From Leptogorgia sarmentosa (taxonomy: Eukaryota), in contig OZ210885.1 in assembly GCA_964658305.1 (NCBI GenBank), positions 23,374,001 to 23,438,000 of the forward strand: a stretch of 64,000 nucleotides of DNA, in the 5' to 3' direction. The notes beneath the pieces were generated by a model. That model did no database searches, was not told where the DNA came from, and saw nothing but the letters and a program-made list of their open reading frames with translations. Position numbers and translations under genes: made by a program. Numbering within the stretch: position 1 is the stretch's first letter; every line of letters starts with the position of its first letter. Shown here piece after piece: positions 27,114 to 38,600 of this stretch.

Positions 27114-27789
27114 ATCGGGGTTGGCCCATGTTAAAAGATAGAAGAGGAGGAAGCTTAAACAGGATTGTAAAAACTGAATTTACTATATATGTAGATGGTT
27201 TTAAAATGTTATCATACCAAATTGTTTCTTGTTGGGACACAGGCCAACGCGGAATGCCATTGTACTTGAGACTGTGTATACTTGGAAAGTATCGAAATGA
27301 TATATTTGCGTGTGGGATGCTTCCTTGATAGCTTGCTGTAGCAAAAGGGCCGAATGTCATTTGCACACGTGTGTATAAATTGCGTGTTAGGGGCGCCTTG
27401 GGTCTATCTGTTGTCGTGTGGTTAATTGGGGTCTCAGGGGGTGAAGTTTGCGTGGTAGGGTAATTGATAGTTACTTCATGTAATCAAGTAGTGTGTTGTG
27501 TGTGTATGTCGAGTATCACTGTTGATGTAATGTCTATAGATATTGAATTTGTATAGTAATCATGGAGCATCTCCATTTTTCGAGGTGATTGTCGGTAGTA
27601 CGTTATTTGGGTCTACATATGGTGTTTCTGTAGTGATTGTGAAGTTGGTGGATAATCCAGAACAATATTGGATGAGTCAGGAAAAATGTTATATATATTT
27701 GTATACAAGAATTTATAAGTTCGTGCAGCTGAAGAGGACTCTAATAAGATGTTGTATGTTGATGGTGTTTGGGTGAATAGTACCACTAG

Positions 27790-30545
27790 TTAGTTGTTTT
27801 CTTGTTGTGTTGGGTTTGTGTCATGTTGGGTTGTTTTAAGTTTTGCTGTAACTAGTGTGTCTTTAAGGTTTTTGTTTTTTTGATACGCTACCATTAGAGG
27901 TTCTGGCCATAGAATTCTCAATGTAGGATCATTTTCAATGATACTCCAGTGTTTTTGTAGTATGTGTGCGATATGTTTGGTGTTGTTGTTGTATTGTATG
28001 GTGAAGATGGGGCTGCTGTTGGTTCGTGTAGTTTTTGTATCATTGAGTAGTTCCCTTTGGGTTGTGTATTTTAGGGCTTTATTGAATGAAGTCATTATGT
28101 TGTCATGTGTATATCCTCGATGGATCAGTGCTATGAGCAGGTGGTTTAGTCTAATATGTAGTTTGTCATTGTTAGTGATGATGCTTCTGTATCTTAGTGC
28201 TTGGCTGTATATTATGGAATTTTTGCATGATTGGTGGAAGGAGTTCTGGTGTAACATGAGTGTTCTGTCAGTGGGTTTGATGTATAGGTCTGATTCGAGT
28301 TGGTCGTTAGAGTTTATGGATATGGTTGTGTCGAGGAAGTTTGCAGATTTGTGTGAGTATGTGTAGTCAAATTTAATGGTTGGGTGGAATTCATTCAAGT
28401 ATGTTAGGAATTGGTGAAGTTTTTCAATGCCGTGGGTCCAAATTGCAAAAATGTCATCTATGAATCTGATGCACCCAATTGGTATAAGATTGTTAGGTGC
28501 TTTTTGAAGAAGCTTCCTTTCTAATATGGCCATAAATATGTTTGCATATGTTGGTGCCATAGGTGATGCCATAGGTGATCCCATGGCCGTGCCGTGGATT
28601 TGTAGAAAGTGTTCGTTGTTGAATGCAATAGTATGAGTGATAGGACGTTGATTATGGATTGTTCAGATTCAGGGGTTAGTATGTTATTTTCTTTCAACAT
28701 ATCTATACAGGCTTGGATGCCTTGATCATTAGGTATGTTGGTGTATAGGCTTCTTACATCAATTGTTGACTAGTATAATGTTTTTTGGTAGATTCTTGTT
28801 GAATGTAAAGATTCTGCGGAGAAAGTCTGTTGTGTCTTGTACATAGGATAGAATGTGGTTGAGGAGTGGTTTGAGGAGGTGGTCAGCATATTGAGATAGT
28901 TCAACCGTTGGTCCTCCACAACCTGAGATTATGGGTCGTCCTGGATTATCTTGTTTGTGGATTTTTGGTAGAAGGTATAAGTGTGGTGTAACTGGTGTTC
29001 TTGCATGTGAGTCTGCTGTAAGGAATTTGTGTGTAGTGTTGTCAATTATGTTGGATTTGTACAGGTTGTAAGCACGTTTTTTAGTTTCTGCTAAAATATG
29101 AGAGGTTGGGTCATGTGTAATTCTTTGATAATGGTCTGGGTTATTTAATTGTCTATATGCTTCAGCTAGATAGGCGGCTTTGGGCCAAATTACAATAGCT
29201 CCTCCTTTGTCTGCTGGTTTGACTATCAGATCATTATCAGTTCTAAGTTGGTGGATAGATTGTATTTCTTACTTAGACATGTTCGGTACAGGGGATTGTA
29301 TGTTTGAATTGTGTTCTGACTTGAGGTTATGATATGCATTTGAAATATATTCTTGTAGATTGCTGTTGTCTAGTAGTGGTGCAGTAAAATTTGTTGGTAA
29401 TTTGAAGGGGTGTTTGGTAGTATTTTTTATGTGTCTAAAAAAGTATCTATTGTACATGTTTCTTCTGTATTTCAGAAAGGAGTTGTAAATTTTATTGTAG
29501 GGTGTGGGTTTAGGGGAAGGGATGTAATTAAGTCCCTTGGCCAGAGTGTTCAATGTAGAGGTAGACAGGTGTTTATTGGAGAGGTTGACAATGGTACTGG
29601 TGTGAAGGGTTTTTTTTATTTTTTTGTGTATTTTGTTTTTGCTTAAATATCTGTTGTTGTTTTTGTTCATAGATTTTTTGTTGTACATGTTGGGACCGTT
29701 GTTCGTGATGTTGTTAGATTGTGTTATTTGCGATATCTGTGTGGCTGGCGCGAAATAAAATTCTGTATTTGTGATTGTATGCCTTGTGTAATGCAATCTG
29801 TGAGGGTGTTTGTAGAGGGCATGTTATGTTGGTATTGTACTCTGTTGTTGTATGCTGTGTTTCTGTGTTGGTTAGGTACAAGATTATTTTGTGGGGTGTT
29901 CTGTGGTTGTGATCTGGGTGGAATGCGTAGTTTTGGTGTTTGTGTTGGGGTATATGGTTGTTGGTGAAACCGCGTTGTGTGAGGGGTGGTTTGTACCTGC
30001 ATGAGTGGAGTGTGTGAGGTATATTGTCTCAGAGGTGTTGTTGTATAGTTTGTGCGGTGTTTGTGATTAGGGGTTTGGGTTGTGTTTGTGTTTCCGGTTT
30101 GAGGTGTATTAGGGGGTTTGTGTGTGTGTGTATGATTATGTGTAGGAGTGTGAATCCGCAGGGTCGTTTTTGATTTGGTCTGTGGGTTCTTTGTGGGGTT
30201 GTTGGCTCTTAGTTGTTTGTTTGTCTGTCTTGTTTTGGTGTGTGTAGCTGTATTGTGTGGAGTTGTGTGTTTGGGGTGTGTGTTTGTGTTTTGTAGTTTG
30301 TTTTTTAAGCGTTTGTTAGTGGTCAATAATGCCCTTGTCATGTATTTCATGAAGATTTCATCCGTTTTGTTCAGTATTTTTTGTGCTGTGTCCTCATCAC
30401 ATTTTGTTTTAAGTTGTTCTGTTCTGTGTTGTAGTTTATGTTCTGTGTCATTAATGCTGTGTTTGTGGTGGTCGGTGATTATGTCTAATAGAGCGAGGGA
30501 GGCATCTTTAAGAGTCGTCGATAGAAAAGCTGTTGTCCATGACAA
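27790..30545 (-). pseudogene. PLE polyprotein (N-terminal coiled region plus reverse transcriptase), disrupted
   Basis: IVNLSNKHL..LAKGLNYIP, IVKPADKGGAIVIW, YLLPKIHKQDNPGRPIISGCG, GTAMGSPMAPTYANIFM, RFIDDIFAIW, LYIKPTD, KNKNLKDTLVTAKL, then a stop. Confidence 0.88.
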
Positions 30546-30921
30546 AGTGTATGTCTATGTTGGGGTCGTTAATTATGTTAATCCACGCATTTTATAGGCA
30601 TACATACTTACAAGTTTTTATTTATCTTTTATATAATGCACCCGTAATATGCCGTCGAAATTCCATCAATTTAAACCACGGACAATAGCGACGAATATTT
30701 TATCACATATAACAATTCCCCCACCTTAAAACATCAATACGAAAAATTCTCAGCTCACTCATGGACTATTGTTACATGACAATTGTATGGCACTAATGTG
30801 GTTCTCATTACTTATACCAATACTAAAAAATTATCAGAACAAAACATTTTGATTTTTCATCCACGAAATGTTATAATTCTATTTCCACTAAGTGGATCTA
30901 TCTCACTTCCACCTTGCGCCT

Positions 30922-30965
30922 CAACCTCGTTCCCAGGGTCCTAACAGACCCTGGGAACGAGGTTG
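30922..30965. repeat. Short palindromic mini-element
   Basis: CAACCTCGTTCCCAGGGTC-ctaaca-GACCCTGGGAACGAGGTTG; perfect 19-bp arms. Confidence 0.9.
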
Positions 30966-30967
30966 CT

Positions 30968-31220
30968 TTCGCCGTAGCTTTTATTTCCGCCGTAGCTTTA
31001 CTTCCGCCACAGCTTTTACTTCTGCCATAGCTTTTACTTCTGCTGTGAGATTTAACGCGATTTTGCTGTGAAAATCAGCGTGGTTTTGCCGTGAAATTTA
31101 GCTTGATTTTGCTGTGAAATTTAGCGTTGTGCTGCCGTGTAATTAGCGTGGTTTCGCTGTGAAATAGCTTTGTTGAGCTGAAAAATAGTAATTTTGCCGT
31201 GACCCTTGTGGGCCACTGTA
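30968..31220 (-). repeat. Transposon end with subterminal short repeats (possible IS3EU-like terminus)
   Basis: Arrays of ccgtagcttt and tttgc(c/t)gtg ending at ggccactgta (TACAGTGGCC on the minus strand); no partner end found. Confidence 0.45.
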
Positions 31221-31239
31221 GCCAACAACAAAATATGCA

Positions 31240-31525
31240 ATTTACGCAGAGTAGGATCAGGTGCAATCAATGTCAAAACATATATTGGTAGTACTATTAG
31301 GAAGCTGCACAACAGAATTAAAGAGCATACGGACAAAAGCGGATCGTCAGTTTTCCGACATTTATCAGAAACACACAACGGATCGAACAACATCAATGGA
31401 ACAATTATTGCTAGAGATAACGATGTAGTACTTCTGAGGCTGAAAGAAGCTTATTATCAGAAAAGAAAAACCACAACTCTACTCACGAGAAGAGAGCTCT
31501 GAGCTGGCAGACCTCATGTTTTAAC
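31240..31525 (+). pseudogene. PLE GIY-YIG endonuclease relic
   Basis: KTYIGSTIRKLHNRIKEH...SSVFRHL...LRLKEAYY. Confidence 0.75.
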
Positions 31526-31714
31526 TATTCATAGCACTCGTAATTATATGCGAATACAAGTTTAAGGTCATATGTGATCCATTTGTGGTTAAATACGTAT
31601 GTGTATACAAGAAGGTAAAAGGTGGAATTTGCAGAGAAAACAGCATTCTTGCTCAGTTCTACAGCGGACACAGTGCAAGGAAAAGGAGACAGTACGACCC
31701 ACAAGAATTTTACC

Positions 31715-33166
31715 ATGGCCGAAGAAGATGTGCAGTTTCCCGAAGCTCCGGTTCAACCACTACAGCAGCAAGATGAGCCACCACAAGTTCCAGCAGTTGT
31801 TGATCCTCCTCTCCCAGCTCAACCAGAGGGCGAGCTTGAGGTAAAATCATTATAACCGATTGCTTAACGTTTTATAACTAGTTGTACACATATTCTATTA
31901 CGATATTCTCGAAGGTTTTATATGCTTTGTGTCTAATGTTCATGTCCGTTGTCCGTGAACATTGATTTCTCAGCAGCTGGGTGTGTTAATTGAACTTTTA
32001 TTTCTGTTTATTCTTTCGCAGATTTGTTCCGTAGGGTCGTTTTTTCGATGTCTGGATGCTTTCAGATAATGTTTAGGCATTATTTGTGTATAGGTCGGGT
32101 GATTACTCGCTATTGTTATCTGTAGAATGATTCCTTCGACGGGATGGTTCGTTGGATGACTTCAGATAATGTTGTAGGCGTTATTGGTGCACAGGAATTC
32201 TATAGCTATGGTGATTTCTAGCTATTGTTATCTGTAGAATGATTCCTTCGACGGGATGGTTCGATGGATGACTTCAGATCATGTTTTATGCATTATTGGT
32301 GCACAGGAAGTGTACAGTTATGGTGATTACGCTATTGTTATCTGTAGGATGACTCCTTCGACGGGATGGTTCGTTGCATGATGTCAGAAAATGCTTTGAA
32401 TCGTTCTGTGTGCACAGGAAATGTATATTTACGGTGATTCAGATTTCACAACACCTATTTTGCATCTGTAGATTGATGACCTGTTCTTTGTACATTGATA
32501 TATTATTGAATTTACGCTTCGTATTATTTTCTCAGGCGGTCATTTTCCTCATCTGAATTGACTGTCCCTGGCTCACAATTATTGCAAAACAACTGCATTA
32601 TGCGAGTTAATACACACTGTTAATGCACATTAGCACATACTGAGGCTGGTCATGTTTTCCATTTACATAGCAATTACGAAAAGATCTGGATTCCTTGACA
32701 AAGGCCTCGATGGAAAACCATTTAACGAAATTCATGGCTTATGCTTCTCGACCATTGTCAGAATTTAGCAGCTACGAAGCTTTGGAGATGATAGGAGATG
32801 ATAGAAGCGATTCAATGTTGTGCACATGATAATAATAGTGAGAAAGAGGTCTATTACCGTCTGTTCTATCAGACTACACGAGACAAGCTTCATTTGCCAA
32901 CTGTACATTATCGTAGTCTGCTTCTTCGTCTGTTGGGAGATAAAAATTATGACAAAGTGTGCGAAGCAGTGTCCAAAGTTGAGAAGAGTTATGCTCATGA
33001 GGTTCGTCAAGAACGACCAAAAGGCAGTGCGATACCGATTCGGTCGGGCCATGTTTCTTCGCGTATACTCCGGTGTTTTTACTGCCAAAAACCTGGACAT
33101 TTTAAAGTCAATTGTTATAAGATGAAGAACGATTTAAAAGTAAAGGATAATAGACCTACCTACTAG
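31715..33166 (+). pseudogene. Spliced gag-like gene with a CCHC zinc knuckle (DIRS-type element)
   Basis: Exon 1 31715-31840 (MAEED...GELE|gt); exon 2 from 32671 (ag|QLRKDLDSL...); a 10-bp duplication ggagatgata shifts the frame; C-terminal RCFYCQKPGHFKVNC. Confidence 0.7.
32050..32470. repeat. ~111-bp minisatellite, about 4 units, in the gag intron
   Basis: Block gctattgttatctgtag(a/g)atga(t/c)tccttcgacgggatggttcg at 32109, 32221 and 32331. Confidence 0.9.
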
Positions 33167-33570
33167 TTCATAAGCTGAAAGTGACTTGTTACAAGTTGAT
33201 GTCTGATTTAAATTCAACTGAAATTTAACTTGTGTGTAAATGAGTTTGCTAGAATACATGATTTGTATGTGTCACCAAATTAATAAATAAAAAATTCTAG
33301 TATATAGTTTGCCCATGTTGTTATAATTAGCTACAATCATCAATCAGGCCTTCAGAGTTATAATGGCTCTTAAAAAAGGGTAACTAAATACAACCCTCCC
33401 GGTCATACTGGGTCTGAGCTGTTATCTCTCTGCTGATAGGTCGGGGTCTCCGTTACACTGAATTATATTTTCCCTCTCAGCCATAAAATTTTTGCAGTTG
33501 GGAAATTGATAAGACTTTTGATATACAGTTTTCTCAGGAGATCATAACAAATGATATCAAATGGATAGGA

Positions 33571-34932
33571 ATGCATGGAGGCCCCGTCACTCTCAGTGGA
33601 GAGATGACAGCTAATCACCACTTGGAAAACCATGTACGCCAGGTTGAGGCTGGCGAATTAATTCGCGACATTACCCCTGAGAAACACGTGCGCTGTTCGC
33701 GAGTGTCACATGGTACGAAATGTAAACATTGCGGACATGACGGCAATGACATATATATGTAAAACACTATGTAAAAGGACAACTGATTTGCGTTTTTCCG
33801 TTTTTGAGAGCGTTTGGTACATCTTTTGTTGTTTCTATACTATTATATATAAAACTAAATGCCAGCATGTCTGAGGAATGTATTAAGAAGTTTACAAACA
33901 TGAATGTGGCGTCAATAAAAACTTATCTAAAAGCAAGAGGAGTCACTGTGAATGGCTATTTGAAACCAGCTTTAGTTACTATTGCTGCTGCGGTTGAAAG
34001 AATGATGCTGCCTCTTGACCCAAACTATGAAAAGGAGAATATCGAAAAAAATGCGCGTCGACATTTATTTATTCATGATATGCAAATCCCGGATCCCTTC
34101 GTCATAAAAACCCGCAACGACTTCATTGACTCGCCGCCTTTTGGTTTATATGACATCTTCAATCATCTTATATACCATGCTACTGAGTGCGATAAGCAAG
34201 GACTGGCAGCATACAAATCTTACGAAGATTACCGACTATTCGAAGATGGGTATGTCGAGTCTTCTTTGTTGGTCCATTTTACCCAACAAAATGGAGACTA
34301 CATATATAGTGGTCTTTCTTGCATTCAAAACCGTCGCCTCGATGACATGATTTAACCCATCGATTTTGCTTCTCAGGCAATCTCTTGGGTGCAGGAAAGC
34401 GAAAGAAAGAAATGGGATCGCCTTTTTTATTTTTTGTCCAGAGTTGTGGATACCTAGAGTCATTTTTGCAAGTGCCCCAAGCGCAATGCTTGTTCGCCAC
34501 CATCTTGCTTTTGATTGTAATATCCGCAATGTTTACATTTCGTACCATGTGACACCCGCGAACTGCGCACGTGTTTCTCAGGGCTAATGTCGCGAATTGG
34601 CGATCCAGCGCAGTTATATTTTCGGGACCCGGATAGTTTTTGTGCTGGCGAACATCACAGCGAATTGGGAGAACATCTCAACAACCCATCCTTCCGAGCA
34701 GCACGCTAATATTCTTCGGTGGATCAAGCACAAAGTTTACATTTTCCATTTTTTCCGACATTTTAATGGATCATTCAAGGGGAACAGCTATGATTCTGAT
34801 TGTCCTCCTCCGATTCTTCTAAAGAATAATGTAACATGCAAACCATTTCGTGCATTTGTTTGCCAATCTCTGCTCGACCGTTTAAAAACAGGTGCAATTT
34901 CCTTGGTTGGAAAGGTTGGTGCGGTGCCTCCT
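33571..34932 (+). pseudogene. N-terminal part of a DIRS-type pol ORF, interrupted by a DNA transposon and truncated
   Basis: Removing 33663-34595 and one TSD restores EAGELI-GDPAQLYFRDPDSF; continues LRWIKHKV..FFRHFNGSFKG..DRLKTGAISLVGKVG. Confidence 0.6.
33663..34595. mobile_element. Internally deleted THAP-type DNA transposon (ISL2EU/Kolobok-like)
   Basis: ~75-bp TIRs TCGCGACATTA(C/G)CCCTGAGAAACACG; palindromic target, read as an AT or AATT TSD; THAP domain on minus (HCAWGTC..FFRFP..RWVKSC..YICSLHF) joined to the 5' part of a convergent plus-strand ORF (IKTYLKARGV..AAYKSYEDYRLFEDGYV). Confidence 0.75.
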
Positions 34933-35627
34933 CAAAAAAGCCGTGCACGTGTACGTCAGTAGCTGTCGAACCAGATTGTCAGGAGAACTTAAGCGCTGAT
35001 TCACGGTGGGAGGCAAGCGAGGAGTTAACTGACTTCCTCGGAACAGTGGCCAAACGTTTGAATAGATTTGAACGCCGCTCGCTTGTGAAAGCGTATCCTC
35101 GTACAAACGTAGATGGTGTTTACACTCCATCGCTTGATGAGTACCTAAAGCCGTTTATTCAGGGGGTTGCAAGCCCGGATAAACCTTTGAAAGAGCTTCA
35201 GGATAAAGTCCTGGACATTTTTGGGCCTCTTTGTACAGTATACGAGAACCTGATCTCTATGACGAACAGTATATCGGTAGTGCTTCGGCAATCGAACTTG
35301 AGAAAGACAGCATTTCGGCCTTTTTGATGTGCATAAAGCATGCTATGTTGTTGGCGGGGGATGTCTCAACCCACATTACAAACAACCACAGAGAAGCAGT
35401 GCTGAAAAAGATCAACCCATTGTTGGCTTCTTTGGCGAATGAAGAATTTGTGGACACGCAACGGCAGTTGTTTAGTCCGGGATTCGAGCAACGTTTAAAG
35501 GCCCACTCTGAAACGGCAGAAACCCTTGGGAAAGCCGCCAGAATTGGAAAGCCCTGGGTTTTACAAGTAGTCCAGGGTTATCAAATCGAATTTGTAAAGC
35601 CTCCTGTTCAAACTTCACCGGCACGAT

Positions 35628-38600
35628 TGTTTAAAAGGCTCCTCCTCTTTTAGGTTTTGTCAATGTTTATTGGTTTGTAACGATAACTTTTCGAATATAA
35701 ACTACATTAGTGAGTCCTTGTCTCTCTCAACTTAAACAATAATCACGTTGCATGCTAATTAGTCCTATGGCGCCAAAGTGCCGCTAAGTTAATATGTAAC
35801 TGTCAACATCTTCCCTCCTTTTGGAGAGGTGCGTTTGTTCTGTCCGTTATGGCATTATCCTTCTGTTTCGAATTCCGTTTAGAATTTAGAATTTAGGTTT
35901 AGAATTTAGAATTTAGGCTGTTTCGACCAATGCGTGTCTTCCTTGGCTGTTGTGGGTTTTCTGCAGTCTCGTTTTGACTTGTTTGTTCCGGGACGTCGAT
36001 GGGTTCTTCAGCGTTGATGTTAGTCGTGGCACCGGTGTCACCGTTTTGTTGCTCTTCTGGTAAAGCAGGTGGATCGTCTTCGTCAGAGTTACTTTCGTCC
36101 TCATTCGTTCCCGTAGGTACTTCGCGTCGCAGGAATTTTCGGTTCCGAATATATTTGTACCCTTGGCATTCTACTTCATATGCACGAATCCCCACTTTTT
36201 GGACGACGCGGCCTTTCTTCCACTTCTTCTCGCATAATTTAATCGGTTGCATTCTCACTATGTCGCCCTTTTCTAACGGCTCCAGTTGTTTGCTCCTTTG
36301 ATCGTAGTATTTTTTTTGTATCTCTTTTGCTTTCTTGATATTTTGTGCTGTGCGCTTGTTTAGCTTCGGTTTTAACAGTTTGGCATGCGACGGTAGGCGG
36401 GTCCTTGTTCGTCGATTCAAAAGGCGTTGTACGGGACTCGTCACGTGATGTTGCTGTGGCGTGTTTCGGATCGTTAGGAGGGCAAGATAAGGGTCGTCTC
36501 CAGACTCTTTGCACTTTTTCATCATTTTCTTTGCTTGTTTTACTGCTGACTTGGCCATTCTGTTGGATTGATGATGGTGTGGGCTGGAGCGAACGTGTTT
36601 AAATTCATATTTTGTACTAAATGTGTTAAAATCGTTGCTAATGAATTGTGCACCATCATCTGTAACGACTGTCTCGGGAATTCCGTATCTCGCGAAATGT
36701 GCTTTGAGTTTTTTTGTAACGTGATGTGTTGTGGCTTGCTCAAGGCGGTCAATTTCAAAGAAATTTGAGAAATAGTCGACGGTTACAAGGTAATTTTTGT
36801 TCTCGAACTCCATTGGATCACAGCCAATTTTCGCCCAGGCTCTGTTAGGTACTTCATGCGAAACTAGTGGTTCTTTGGGTTGTTTATCCTGGTAGGTCGA
36901 GCAGGCATCGCAGCGTGTGATGTGGTCTCGCAGTTCTTGGGTGATGTGGGGCCAGTAAATGCTTGCTCTAGCTCTGCGCATGGACGATTCAAGTCCTTGA
37001 TGGGCCGCATGAAGTTCAATCAACATCTGTCGTCTCAGCGACGTCGGAACGACGAGTCTGTCTCCGCGAAATACGAGGCCGTCGGTCGTCACTAATTCAT
37101 CTCGCACGTGGAAGAATGGAATTATCTTTGGGTTTAATCCTTTTGGGTTGCCGGGCCATCCTTTGTGGATGTATTCTTTTACCACTCGCAGGTTTTCGTC
37201 GTTTGTGGTTTCGGCCTGGAACCGCCTCAGGGTGGCTTCGTTTGTTAGCAGCTGATTTATTTCTTCCACTCCGGCGACATCGGCGAGTTCCTCTGTTGTG
37301 GACGGAGGGGGCGGAACGGTTTCAACATTGTTGGTGTTTTCTAAATGGTGGCGACTGAGAGTGTCGGCAAGGTACATCTCGCTTCCTCTTTTGTACTTGA
37401 TGTTGAGGTCGTAGTGTCGTAACGTCATCATCATTTTCTGGAGACGCCTCGGAGCAGTGGAAAGGGGTTTCTGAGATATCATTTCGAGGGGCTTGTGATC
37501 TGTTTCCACCATGACAGAGCGACCATATGTGTATTGATGGAAGCGGGTTGTTCCATATACGATTGCCAAAAGCTCTTTTTCGATTTGGGCGTAATTTCGT
37601 TCAGCGTCAGTTAGCGCTCTGCTGGCGAATGCAATGGGCTTGCCGTCCTGGATAAGTGCTGCACCTAAGCCATGGTCACTTGCATCGCATTGTAGGACCA
37701 ATGGACGGGTAGGCTCGTAGTATTTCAGCACATGTGGCTCGGTGATAAGGTGTTTGATCGCGCCGAATGCCTGGTTGTGTGTGCTGTCCCAGTGGAAAGG
37801 TTTCTCCTTCTTAGTGAGTTGGCGAAGGGGCTCTGAAACTTCCGAGAGGTGTGGGAGAAATTTTGCTAGGTAGTTCACCGTACCTAATATTCTTCTGACA
37901 CCTGCTACATCTTGAGGTGGCTGCATGTTGAGTATGGCTTGGATCTTTCCTGGATCTGCTTGGATGCCATTTGATGTGAGGATGTGACCAATGTAGGGCA
38001 TAGATGTTTTCGTCAGTAGGACCTTATCGCTGTTGAGCTTGATCTGCTGGCTACGACACCGATCAAGTAGCTTCTTTAATTTCTGGTCATGATCAATGAT
38101 GGCATCCTCCATGGTTGCTCCGTTTCCGGTTATCAGAATGTCGTCTGCTATGGTTCTAACTCCGTCTAGGTCTGCGATGGCTTGGTCTAGGCGCTGTTGG
38201 AAAATTTCGCCAGCGGGCGAAATTCCGAAAGGCATGCGTTTCCACTTGTATCTTCCCCACGGTGTGTTGAACGTCGTAAGTAGCGATGATTCTTCGTCTA
38301 GTTTGACTTGCCAATAGCCGTTTTTGCAATCCACTTTGGTAAATACTTTCGCGTTGGCCAGCTCAGGAAGTATATCTTCAATGTTGGGCAGTGGGTGGTG
38401 GCATCGCTTTAGGGCTTTGTTCAGTGGCCGGGGGTCAAGGCATAGTCTAATTTTTCCGTTTGGTTTTGGGGCTACCACAATAGAGCTAATCCATTCCGTT
38501 GGGGTTTCTACCTTTTCAATGACACTGAGGGCAACAAGCTCGTCTAGGTGGGCTTTTAGTGGCTCCTTGAGGGATTCAGGGACCTTGCGTGGTGGCATCT

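Larger units (their letters stand above)
26667..30830 (-). mobile_element. Penelope-like retroelement with ~250-bp inverted termini and no visible endonuclease
   Basis: 26667-26915 is the reverse complement of 30580-30830, and both end outward in A-tracts; PLE RT inside; strong C/A skew on the sense strand; no TSD. Confidence 0.88.
24025..30847 (-). pseudogene. Spliced zinc-ribbon / UIM / HECT-like (G2E3-type) gene, disrupted by the PLE and by frameshifts
   Basis: HECT-like VKFLGEDGIDTGGLAKEFL, FRACGKLVVVSLAQGG.PP, VLGWITG, FPVVGTCGRVITFP; UIM-like QIKNDEEIAIALQNEL; exon 1 reads MFCSD (30847-30831) ... AQRFCWNCGK|gtaag (26666-26636) on either side of the PLE. Confidence 0.7.

Noticed and set aside
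29719..30597. Plus-strand Cys/Val/Leu-rich ORFs as membrane proteins
   Set aside because: They are antisense shadows of the C/A-skewed PLE ORF.
32050..32470. CRISPR-like array (conserved block with variable intervening sequence)
   Set aside because: The intervening segments are homologous to each other, there are no cas genes, and the context is eukaryotic; it is a minisatellite.
35878..35917. Telomeric repeat
   Set aside because: A short TTTAGAA/TTTAGG patch, not a (TTAGGG)n tract; it is internal to the Gypsy element.
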